Source of the DNA: Candidatus Wildermuthbacteria bacterium
Lineage (GTDB): Bacteria > Patescibacteriota > Minisyncoccia > Minisyncoccales > PEYH01
Direction: 5' to 3'
DNA length: 64,000 bases
Assembly: GCA_037445205.1 (NCBI GenBank)
Contig: JBBIKX010000001.1
Span: 8,767-72,766 of the forward strand
Positions within the stretch are counted from its first letter, which is position 1. Each line of letters opens with the position of its first letter. The notes under the pieces were generated by a model. That model was not told the origin of the DNA. It made no database searches and saw only the letters and a list, made by a program, of their open reading frames with translations. A program made the translations under genes and the position numbers. Below are positions 39,306-47,561 of the stretch, piece by piece.

Positions 39306-40373
39306 ATGAAAATTTCTGATTTAAATTTTAGTAATTTCAATAGACAAATTAAATTTTCAATGAAAGCAATACTAAGCGATTTTAAATATTTCTATTTATC
39401 GATTTTTTTCTTTGGAATTCTTTTGTTTTTCATTCCTGAAATTTGTAGCGCTAATTTCCTTATAGGAGGATTTTTTATGTATAGTTTCTCTTTGTTGGCG
39501 CCCGTTATTTTCACGGGCGTTTGGGCCATAGAAGCCTTAACTATCAAGAATAAATTAGGGGGGACGCCACAAAAAGCACTATTTACTGCTTTAGTGGTAA
39601 ATTTGGCCACCAGCCTATCGGGCTTTGTTTTGGTTAAAAAAAACTTCTTGGCGGAATACACCCTATATAACGAATCTCTTACATTAATGATTTTTTTCCT
39701 TCTATCTGTTTTTGTTGAAATGTTAATGTTGCATTTTTGCTATAGAGAAGAATCTTGGCATAAAGTAATTATTGCTAGCTTTTTAATGAATCTGAAATCT
39801 TACTTTTTTTTAGCGTTTTTCTTGATAGGAGATTTTACAATCATAGGCGGGGCTATTATTTTAGTTATTGTCGTCCCCTATTTTTTCACAAAAGCTTTTA
39901 GGATGTTAGCCCCGGACAGAGAGTTTTTAAAATTTTTTAAAATAAGATCAGGCATCTTAATTCATTTCCTTTCCATTGTTCTAATCGGTTTGGTGTTTAT
40001 AGGAACCATAAAGGCGATAGATAAAGCGTTTCTTAAGCAAAGAAGAGAGGTGATAAAAGAGCATGAGGTAATGTCTAACATGCTTCAGATAAGCTCCAAG
40101 GCAGAATTGATCTATGCATACAAAGGAAGTTATGAATCATTAAATTGCGACTATGACGAAGAAATAAAAAGTGCTTGCAAGAATATTGAAAAGAAGACAG
40201 GCGCCAGGCTCACTATTCATACATCTGAAAACAGATATTGCGCCTATATTAAATTAATTTATTCTGAAAAATGGTATTGCGCAGATAATATTTCTGGACT
40301 TATCCCTGGGAAAATTAATATTAATCCCTCTATTTTGGGGTATTGTGATGGTAAGACTTTTATTTGTCCATAA
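39306..40373 (+). CDS. Polytopic membrane protein with Cys-rich C-terminal extracytoplasmic domain (island 1 cargo)
   Basis: 355 aa; 6-8 TM then a about 100-aa domain with 8 Cys. Confidence 0.7.
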   Translation: MKISDLNFSNFNRQIKFSMKAILSDFKYFYLSIFFFGILLFFIPEICSANFLIGGFFMYSFSLLAPVIFTGVWAIEALTIKNKLGGTPQKALFTALVVNLATSLSGFVLVKKNFLAEYTLYNESLTLMIFFLLSVFVEMLMLHFCYREESWHKVIIASFLMNLKSYFFLAFFLIGDFTIIGGAIILVIVVPYFFTKAFRMLAPDREFLKFFKIRSGILIHFLSIVLIGLVFIGTIKAIDKAFLKQRREVIKEHEVMSNMLQISSKAELIYAYKGSYESLNCDYDEEIKSACKNIEKKTGARLTIHTSENRYCAYIKLIYSEKWYCADNISGLIPGKININPSILGYCDGKTFICP

Positions 40374-40464
40374 ATATTAGCTTATTTGTAAGAATTAGAT
40401 GTGTTGTCCACAATTTTTTAGAGTAAAAATAATTGATTAATTTTTCCATCGGTATCAGATTATT

Positions 40465-40483
40465 AATCCCCTTGGGTCCGCAA
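40465..40483 (+). repeat. Direct repeat copy 2 of tRNA-Asp 3' end; putative attR of island 1 / attL of island 2
   Basis: Perfect 19-nt match to 39235-39253; the GC-rich block starts immediately after. Confidence 0.7.
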
Positions 40484-40503
40484 CGATACAAATTTCTTAC
40501 CTT

Positions 40504-40531
40504 AAAGCCGCGCTCCAGCGTGGCTTTTTTT
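40504..40531 (+). terminator. Intrinsic terminator (AAAGCC GCGCT..AGCGT GGCTTT plus T7)
   Basis: GC-rich hairpin and TTTTTTT directly after the repeat. Confidence 0.55.
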
Positions 40532-40589
40532 GGTTGAAATTTTTTTTGATTCTGATAGATTGAAAAAATAACCAAAAGGAGGTGAGACA

Positions 40590-41588
40590 GTGTCTTGCGA
40601 TACAGCCGTTATCGTGAATGTGCAGGCGGGCGCGGGAATGACTCGCTGGAAGTTGGCGCATCTTATGCGCCAGTTAAACCGCATTCTTTCTGTGCCCAAG
40701 AGTTGTGTCTGGCTGACTCGGGAAACCGGCGAGAGCAGCGCCACATCCCTGGCATCTTTTGCCCAAAGCAGAGGGGCCAAAGCAGTGATTGTCTTTGGCG
40801 GAGACGGCACGGTTCATCAGGCAGTAAACGGCCTGAAACTGCCCGATCCTTCAATCTCTGTTGGCATTGTGCCCTGCGGTACGGCCAACGTGGTTGCTTC
40901 CTGCCTTGGAATGCCAAGAAATGTCAAAGCGGCGCTGGAAGTCATAAGGGCCGGAATGACAAGAAAGATCGATCTGGGAATCCTGGAGGGAGATGGCCTT
41001 CCAAGATACGCGGTTTCCACGCTAAGCGTGGGACTTGACGCGATGATAAACGAACTGGCGCATCGTGTTAAGCCCCTGTTTCGGAAATACCATCTGCCAT
41101 CCATCTTGGGCTACATTCCGCCTCTTCTTAGATACACTCTTAATGAAGTTCCGCTCTACGATGTAGCTGTCAAAAAGGATGGATTGGTTTTTTGCGAAAG
41201 GATATCCTTTCTGGCAGTAACAAACACTCCATGGTATGGAGGCGGATTGGTGGACAGAACTGCCAAGCTTGACGACGGGCTGTTTAACATGATATGCGCC
41301 AGAAAGATCAGGTCCCGCGATCTTCCCTGGTGGATGTTTCAGATGTGGCAGGGAAATCACATCTATTATCCCAAGGTTTTTCTGCCCTGCTCTTCGTTTT
41401 CAGGATTAAGCATAAGTTCTGACTTTCCCTTGCCCGCGCAGATTGACGGACAGATTCTGCCCGCCCGGAAGAACATCGCAATCTCTGTCGTTCCCCGCCT
41501 CCTGCAGGTTTTCGCACCTTTGCCCCAACCAGAAAGAACAAAGCATTCTGGTTGGGGTTGTTTTTTTGATATGTCCAGGTTCAGATAG
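40590..41588 (+). CDS. Lipid kinase of the YegS/BmrU/DgkB family (diacylglycerol-kinase catalytic domain)
   Basis: 332 aa, GTG start 8 nt after AGGAGGTG; VIVFGGDGTVHQAVNGL (GGDG) and VTNTPWYGGGL; about 57% GC. Confidence 0.8.
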   Translation: MSCDTAVIVNVQAGAGMTRWKLAHLMRQLNRILSVPKSCVWLTRETGESSATSLASFAQSRGAKAVIVFGGDGTVHQAVNGLKLPDPSISVGIVPCGTANVVASCLGMPRNVKAALEVIRAGMTRKIDLGILEGDGLPRYAVSTLSVGLDAMINELAHRVKPLFRKYHLPSILGYIPPLLRYTLNEVPLYDVAVKKDGLVFCERISFLAVTNTPWYGGGLVDRTAKLDDGLFNMICARKIRSRDLPWWMFQMWQGNHIYYPKVFLPCSSFSGLSISSDFPLPAQIDGQILPARKNIAISVVPRLLQVFAPLPQPERTKHSGWGCFFDMSRFR

Positions 41589-41647
41589 ATATTGACCAAA
41601 ATATTCTTTTATGATATAATTTGGATATCCTAAGGAGGTGATGCGTG

Positions 41648-41815
41648 ATGAAGGCGGGTATAGTGATTTTCCGGCATACACAAGTAGAAACGCTGCAGGC
41701 GACGGTTAACGCGTTTCTCAAGGTTCACGCTCCACATATGGAGAACCTTGAGCATCAGCTGGTAGTGACTCCAGACGGCACTATCGTCTTGACCCTGCTT
41801 TATCGGGCTAAGTAG
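41648..41815 (+). CDS. Small GC-rich hypothetical protein (55 aa)
   Basis: Manual translation MKAGIVIFRHTQVETLQATVNAFLKVHAPHMENLEHQLVVTPDGTIVLTLLYRAK; TAAGGAGGTG SD 6 nt upstream; below ORF-track cutoff. Confidence 0.5.
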   Translation: MKAGIVIFRHTQVETLQATVNAFLKVHAPHMENLEHQLVVTPDGTIVLTLLYRAK

Positions 41816-41837
41816 GGTTCGTAAGGAGGGAGGAACG

Positions 41838-42101
41838 ATGCGTAAGCTCTTTGCGGCGATTGTCGGACTCTACCGTCGGCTCTGGATGATTGAGCCCCGC
41901 CGTTTCAAACGGGGACAAATCATCCAGTTCGAAGACTGGCGCGATGGCATTAGAGTTGCCAAAGCCAGATACCTGGTTCTCGGCAATACACCCTCCGAGA
42001 AGAGGTACGTCCTGGAGGGTGTTGGGCCCGGCAACAAGGGGAGGCGCGAGCGCCTTCGCTTCCGCTGGGTTGACAAACACGCACATTTGGTGCGCGGCTG
42101 A
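41838..42101 (+). CDS. GC-rich hypothetical basic protein (87 aa)
   Basis: GTAAGGAGGGAGG SD; no known domain. Confidence 0.55.
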   Translation: MRKLFAAIVGLYRRLWMIEPRRFKRGQIIQFEDWRDGIRVAKARYLVLGNTPSEKRYVLEGVGPGNKGRRERLRFRWVDKHAHLVRG

Positions 42102-42111
42102 AATGCCTGTT

Positions 42112-42155
42112 CCGCCCGGGACTAAGGAGGAGTTCCGGGCGGTTGTTGTTTTTTG
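42112..42155 (+). terminator. Intrinsic terminator (CCGCCCGG/CCGGGCGG plus TTGTTGTTTTTTG)
   Basis: 8-bp GC stem, long loop, U-tract after the 87-aa ORF. Confidence 0.6.
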
Positions 42156-42204
42156 ATGAAGTTTCTGGTATCGTATCAAGTATCGCACATTGGGAGGTGG
42201 AACG

Positions 42205-42348
42205 GTGCACAAATGGGTAATCTTTGCGGTAGTGGTGATCCCAAGCATTCTCATCGGTTCCCTTATCTGCCTTTTCCAAGGAAAGGGCAGAAGAGTGTGG
42301 TCCTTCGCTAAGGGGAGAGTCTTTGCTTGGGCGGAAACGGATTGGTGA
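42205..42348 (+). CDS. Tiny hydrophobic membrane peptide (47 aa), GTG start
   Basis: VHKWVIFAVVVIPSILIGSLICLFQGKGRRVWSFAKGRVFAWAETDW; GGGAGGTGG SD 5 nt upstream; hairpin AACCGGC...GCCGGTT downstream. Confidence 0.4.
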   Translation: MHKWVIFAVVVIPSILIGSLICLFQGKGRRVWSFAKGRVFAWAETDW

Positions 42349-42352
42349 ACAC

Positions 42353-42369
42353 AATCCTCTTGGCACTTG
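42353..42369 (+). repeat. Degenerate third copy of the tRNA-Asp 3' repeat (AATCCTCTTGGCACTTG, 11/17 match) at the right edge of the GC-rich island
   Basis: Aligned by eye to AATCCCCTTGGGTCCGC; sits where GC-rich DNA reverts to AT-rich. Confidence 0.3.
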
Positions 42370-42439
42370 TTAACCGGCGCATCTTCTGATGGGCCGGTTC
42401 ATCTTTTAACAAAAAATGCTCCATTTTTTGATTTGATTT

Positions 42440-43519
42440 TTGTTTGTTTTTGAATTAGAATTAATATATAAAATGGATTTAAAAAGCATTAAAAAGAAAG
42501 CAAAAAAGGAGATTGAATCGGCAAAAGATTCTGTTGCGCTAAAGCATATTTTTCAAGATTTTTTCGGCAAAAAGGGCGAGATTGCCGTCATTTTAAGCTC
42601 TCTTAAAAATCTTCCCCAAAAAGAAAGAAAGGACAAGGGAAAAATTATAAATGAAGTAAAAAAAGAGGTTCTGGAAATGATTGCAAAAAAAGAAAATAAT
42701 TTGAAAAAAATTGAGGCGGCTTTGGACGCAAAAGAGGAGTGGATTGATATAAGCTTTCCCTCAAAAAAAATTCCTCTGGGACATCTTCACCCCCTTACCC
42801 AAGCCAGAAGAAAAACAGAGGAAATTTTTGAAAAACTTGGATTTTCTGTGATTGAAGGACCCCAGATAGAAACAGAGTGGTATAATTTTGACGCCCTAAA
42901 CATTCCCAAAGATCATCCCGCGCGGGACAGGTGGGACACTTTTTGGCTCAGGGAGTCAGAAAGTCAAAAGTCAAAGGTCAAAAGTCAAAGGTTATTGTTA
43001 AGAACCCACACAAGTCCGGTTCAAATCCGCTATATGGAAAAAAACAATCCTCCCTTGCGGATTATTGTTCCAGGCAGAATATTCAGATACGAGGCGACAG
43101 ACGCTTCTCATGAAATAAACTTTTACCAGCTGGAAGGATTAATGGTTGATTCAAAAGTAACCCTTGCCGACTTTAAAGGAGTGATGGAAAAATTTTTCCA
43201 GATGTTTTTTGGCGATGAGGCCAAGATCCGGCTAAGGCCCAGCTATTTTCCCTTTACCGAACCGAGCGTTGAAATTGATATTAGCTGCCGGATATGCAAA
43301 CAAGAGGGATGCAGCGCTTGCGGCCGGAAGGGCTGGGTTGAAATAGCGGGCGCAGGCATGGTTCACCCAAATGTTTTTAAAGCAGCCAACCTTAACCCTA
43401 AAAATTGGCAGGGATTTGCGTTTGGAATAGGTCTTGATAGGTTGGCTATGATGAAATACAGGATTAATGATATAAGATTGTTCTATGGGGGAGATCTGCG
43501 GTTTCTTGAGCAATTTTAA
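42440..43519 (+). CDS. pheS: Phenylalanyl-tRNA synthetase alpha subunit
   Basis: 359 aa; class II motifs; internal ESQKSKVKSQ insert encoded by a short tandem repeat. Confidence 0.93.
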   Translation: MFVFELELIYKMDLKSIKKKAKKEIESAKDSVALKHIFQDFFGKKGEIAVILSSLKNLPQKERKDKGKIINEVKKEVLEMIAKKENNLKKIEAALDAKEEWIDISFPSKKIPLGHLHPLTQARRKTEEIFEKLGFSVIEGPQIETEWYNFDALNIPKDHPARDRWDTFWLRESESQKSKVKSQRLLLRTHTSPVQIRYMEKNNPPLRIIVPGRIFRYEATDASHEINFYQLEGLMVDSKVTLADFKGVMEKFFQMFFGDEAKIRLRPSYFPFTEPSVEIDISCRICKQEGCSACGRKGWVEIAGAGMVHPNVFKAANLNPKNWQGFAFGIGLDRLAMMKYRINDIRLFYGGDLRFLEQF

Positions 43520-43528
43520 TTTAACATA

Positions 43529-45595
43529 ATGATATTTTCGTATAACTGGATACAGTCATTTTTTACTGAAAAACTGCCCAAGCCTCAAGCATTGGCAGAG
43601 CTTTTGGAGCTTCACAGCTTTGAAGTAAAAGAGACAAAAAAAATCGGGAGAGATTTTTCGCTTGATATAGATATAATGCCGAACAGGCCCGACTGTTTTT
43701 CTCATTTGGGCATTGCAAGAGAATGTTCTGCCATTCTTGGATTAAAAACCAAGAATAATCAGCCAAAAATAGTTTCAGAATTTTCGTTTAAAAATCTCAA
43801 AAAGAAATCTAATCTGATTTCCGTGGAAATTAAAGATCAAAACGATTGTTTTAGATATACGGGGGCGTTTGTCGGGGGCATTAGTGTTGGTTTTTCTCCG
43901 AAATGGATGCAGCAAAGACTTTCCGTTTGCAATATTCAGCCGATTAACGGCATAGTTGATGTGGCGAACTACACAATGCTTGAAACGGGCCAGCCCATAC
44001 ATATTTTTGATTATGATAAAATCGCGGGCAAAAAAATTGTCGTAAGACGCGCCCGAAAAAACGAGAAAATTTCCGCTCTTGATGGGAAAGAATATAGCCT
44101 CGATCAGGATATTTTGGTAATTTCCGATGAAAAACAACCTTTGGCGATAGCGGGAATTAAAGGCGGAAATATCGCAGCAATTGACGAAAAAACAAAAAAC
44201 ATCTTTATTGAATCCGCGACTTTTGACCCTTTGGTTATAAGAAAGGCGTCTTATAAGCTGAAATTGAAAACAGATGCTTCTTTGAGATTTGAGCACGGGC
44301 TTGATTACAATATGACGGAATCGGCGATCAATAAAGCGATATCTTTTGTAAAAAAAACTTCGTCCAAGGATGCTAAAATTTTCAAAATAGATATTTTTGA
44401 GAAGTGTCCGCCCAAAAAAATTATAAAACTTGATTTTAACTTTGCAGAAAAACTCTTGGGCGTAAAAATTTCTCCAAAAAATACAGAGAACATATTAAAA
44501 ACGCTTGGAATAAAAGTTTTTAAAAAAACGAACAGCACTTTTGATTTAGAGATTCCCTTTGAAAGGGGCGATCTCTGCCTGCCCTCCGACATCGCGGAAG
44601 AAATTATAAGAATTTACGGATTAGAAAGAATAAAACCCACTTTGCCCCTTGGAGTTTTAGTCCCTCCCCAAAAAAACGACGAACTTTTTTGGGAAAACCA
44701 GGTTAAAAATTCTTTGAAAGAAATGAATTTCTTTGAAATTTACAATTATTCTTTCATCAAAAAAAACGATGGAAAAAATTATTTTTCTCTTGTTGAGCTT
44801 GAAAATCCGGCAAGCGAACAATTCCAATATCTCAGGCCAACGCTTTTAACGGGGCTTATAGAAAATTTAAAAATCAACACTCCAAATTACAAGGAAATAA
44901 AAATTTTTGAGCTGGAAAAAGTTTTCCAAAAATCAATCAGCGGAGAAATTTTTGAAAAGAAAATGTTGTCTGGCCTGATTTGGGAAAAAGGGGCAAAAAA
45001 GGGGAGATTGGAAAACGAATTCGCCCATATCAAGGGAATTTTAGACACGCTTTTGAATAATTTGGGGATAAGCGATTATTATTTTAACGAATACAAACCA
45101 AATCCTTCGGAGATGAAATTATCATTTTGGGATAAAAACCGCGTAGCAGAAATTTCTCTTATGAGCGGGAAAAAAATTGGATTTCTGGGAGCGATTTCTT
45201 TGGATATTCTTGGGGGCTATAAAATTGAGGAACCGGTTATGGCTTTTGACATAGATTTTGAAAAGCTTTGGACGGAGTGCAGCGAAGAGTGCGAATATCG
45301 TCCTGCCTCAAATTATCCCTGCGCTATACGCGATATTGCGGTTTTAGTTCCAAGAGAAACAAAAATAGGCGAGGTTTTAAATGCAATACAGAAAGCCGGC
45401 GGAGAAAAGATAAGAGATGTGGATTTGTTTGATTTCTACGAGGGGTCTCAAATTCCCCAAGGAAAGAAGAATCTTGCATTCCATATCATATTTCAATCAG
45501 ACGATAAAACATTAAGCGGCAAGGAAGTTGATTCATTGCATAAAAAAATAATCGGTTTTCTTGAGAAAAAAGAAGGATGGGCGGTGAGAAAATAA
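43529..45595 (+). CDS. pheT: Phenylalanyl-tRNA synthetase beta subunit (compact)
   Basis: 688 aa; B3/B4 and B5 domains; follows pheS. Confidence 0.93.
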   Translation: MIFSYNWIQSFFTEKLPKPQALAELLELHSFEVKETKKIGRDFSLDIDIMPNRPDCFSHLGIARECSAILGLKTKNNQPKIVSEFSFKNLKKKSNLISVEIKDQNDCFRYTGAFVGGISVGFSPKWMQQRLSVCNIQPINGIVDVANYTMLETGQPIHIFDYDKIAGKKIVVRRARKNEKISALDGKEYSLDQDILVISDEKQPLAIAGIKGGNIAAIDEKTKNIFIESATFDPLVIRKASYKLKLKTDASLRFEHGLDYNMTESAINKAISFVKKTSSKDAKIFKIDIFEKCPPKKIIKLDFNFAEKLLGVKISPKNTENILKTLGIKVFKKTNSTFDLEIPFERGDLCLPSDIAEEIIRIYGLERIKPTLPLGVLVPPQKNDELFWENQVKNSLKEMNFFEIYNYSFIKKNDGKNYFSLVELENPASEQFQYLRPTLLTGLIENLKINTPNYKEIKIFELEKVFQKSISGEIFEKKMLSGLIWEKGAKKGRLENEFAHIKGILDTLLNNLGISDYYFNEYKPNPSEMKLSFWDKNRVAEISLMSGKKIGFLGAISLDILGGYKIEEPVMAFDIDFEKLWTECSEECEYRPASNYPCAIRDIAVLVPRETKIGEVLNAIQKAGGEKIRDVDLFDFYEGSQIPQGKKNLAFHIIFQSDDKTLSGKEVDSLHKKIIGFLEKKEGWAVRK

Positions 45596-45631
45596 CTTCA
45601 AAATTAAGTTTTGATAATAAAAATATAATAT

Positions 45632-47557
45632 ATGACAAAAAAAGATAAGGCCTCGGAGGGTTATAGTGCAAAAGATATTTTTGTATTGAAAGGATTGGAG
45701 CCGGTGCGCAAAAGACCGGCGATGTATATTGGCTCAACGGGGCCAGACGGGCTTCATCATCTAATTTGGGAATGTTTGGACAATGCCATTGATGAGGCGA
45801 TGGGAGGATACGCTACAGAAATTGAAGTGGTTTTATTGCCCAAAAACCGGGTAAAGGTTACTGACAACGGCCGCGGGATTCCTGTTGATATTCATCCCCA
45901 GACCAAAAAATCTGCCCTTGAAACGGTGATGACGACCCTTCATGCAGGCGCAAAATTTGACAGGAAAGTATACCAAATTTCAGGGGGACTGCATGGAGTC
46001 GGAGTTTCTGTCGTATGCGCTCTTTCTTCCTGGATGAGGGTTGAAGTATGCCGTCAGGGACATCGCCATTCCCAAGAATACGAGAAAGGCAAGCCCCAGA
46101 CGAAAGTGAAAAAAGAAGGAACTTGCAGACAATCCGGCACCGCTGTAATTTTTGATGCCGACCCGGAAATTTTTTCTCAAATCAAATATGACAGAAAAAG
46201 GGTCATTTCTCATTTGAGGAGACAGGCATATCTTACAAAAGGCGTGAGAATAAAATTCAAGGATTTGCGCGAAGGAGAATTTGAATACACTTTTTATTTT
46301 GAAGGCGGGCTCCGTTCCTACATAAAGTTTTTAATCGGCAACAATACTCCTCTTCATCAGGGCGTTTTTTACGTCCAAAAGGAAAAGGACGGAATTATTT
46401 CAGAGGCCGTATTCCAGTATACGCAGGAAAGAGAGGGCTGGGAGGAGGGTTTCGCGAATAACATTTATACAGTTGAGGGAGGTAGCCATTTAACCGGCTT
46501 TCGCTCCGCCTTAACGCGCAGCCTGAATGATTACGCCAAAAAGAATAACTACATAAAACCAGAAGAAGATGGTTTTTCCGGCCAAGACGTGAGAGAGGGT
46601 TTGAACGCGGCTGTTTCCGTGAAAATTAAAGAACCGCAGTTTGAGGGCCAGACAAAAACAAAACTTGGAAATCCCGAGGCAAAATCGGCGGTAGAGTCAG
46701 TTGTGGGAGAGGTGCTCAGCGATTTTTTGGAGAGAAATCCCCAAGATGCCCGGTTAATTGTGGAAAATTGTCTTTTAGCCGCAAAAGCGCGTCAGGCGGC
46801 AAGGGCGGCGCGCCAGACAATCCTTCGCAAGGGTATTTTAGATGGATTGAGCCTTCCCGGAAAACTGGCCGATTGCATTATGCGCAATCCGAGCCAAGCA
46901 GAGCTTTTTATCGTAGAGGGAGAGAGCGCGGGCGGCTCTGCAAAAATGGGAAGAGATAGGAAATTTCAGGCGATCCTCCCCCTTAGGGGAAAAATTTTAA
47001 ATGTTGAAAGGGCGAGGCTTGATAAAATTTTGTCATCTGAAGAAATCAAAGCGCTTGTAATTGCATTAGGCACTGCCATTTCTCAGGATTTTGAAATAGA
47101 CAAGATAAGGTATCATAGGATTATCATTATGACCGATGCGGATGTAGATGGCGCTCATATAAGAACTCTTCTTTTAACGCTTTTTTACAGATATTTTAAG
47201 CCGGTGATAGATATGGGATATCTTTATATCGCCCAGCCTCCGCTTTATAAAATCCAATCGGGAAAGATTGTAAAATATGCCTACACAGAGGGTCAGAAAG
47301 AAAAATTCATAAAAGAGATCCAGAAAGGAGAAGTGAAAAATATTAATATACAAAGGTATAAAGGTTTGGGAGAAATGAACCCCGATCAGCTCTGGGAAAC
47401 GACAATGAATCCTTCCCAGAGAATGTTAATGCGGGTAGCAATTGAAGAGGCCAAAGAAGCCGATAAGATATTTGATATTCTGATGGGCAAGGAGGTTTTT
47501 CCAAGAAAAAAATTCATTCAGGCGCACGCCAAAAGCGTCAAAAACTTAGATATTTAA
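45632..47557 (+). CDS. gyrB: DNA gyrase subunit B
   Basis: 641 aa; GHKL ATPase, TOPRIM EGDSAGG, PLRGKILNVE. Confidence 0.95.
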   Translation: MTKKDKASEGYSAKDIFVLKGLEPVRKRPAMYIGSTGPDGLHHLIWECLDNAIDEAMGGYATEIEVVLLPKNRVKVTDNGRGIPVDIHPQTKKSALETVMTTLHAGAKFDRKVYQISGGLHGVGVSVVCALSSWMRVEVCRQGHRHSQEYEKGKPQTKVKKEGTCRQSGTAVIFDADPEIFSQIKYDRKRVISHLRRQAYLTKGVRIKFKDLREGEFEYTFYFEGGLRSYIKFLIGNNTPLHQGVFYVQKEKDGIISEAVFQYTQEREGWEEGFANNIYTVEGGSHLTGFRSALTRSLNDYAKKNNYIKPEEDGFSGQDVREGLNAAVSVKIKEPQFEGQTKTKLGNPEAKSAVESVVGEVLSDFLERNPQDARLIVENCLLAAKARQAARAARQTILRKGILDGLSLPGKLADCIMRNPSQAELFIVEGESAGGSAKMGRDRKFQAILPLRGKILNVERARLDKILSSEEIKALVIALGTAISQDFEIDKIRYHRIIIMTDADVDGAHIRTLLLTLFYRYFKPVIDMGYLYIAQPPLYKIQSGKIVKYAYTEGQKEKFIKEIQKGEVKNINIQRYKGLGEMNPDQLWETTMNPSQRMLMRVAIEEAKEADKIFDILMGKEVFPRKKFIQAHAKSVKNLDI

Positions 47558-47561
47558 GGTT

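Noticed and set aside
40595-41104. Several alternative-frame and antisense ORFs (147, 84, 95 aa) within the lipid-kinase gene, and 41808-42366 minus-strand ORFs (148, 138 aa)
   Set aside because: GC-rich DNA has few stop codons so long spurious ORFs are expected; none has an SD or start context, whereas the + strand genes each have a perfect AGGAGG site.
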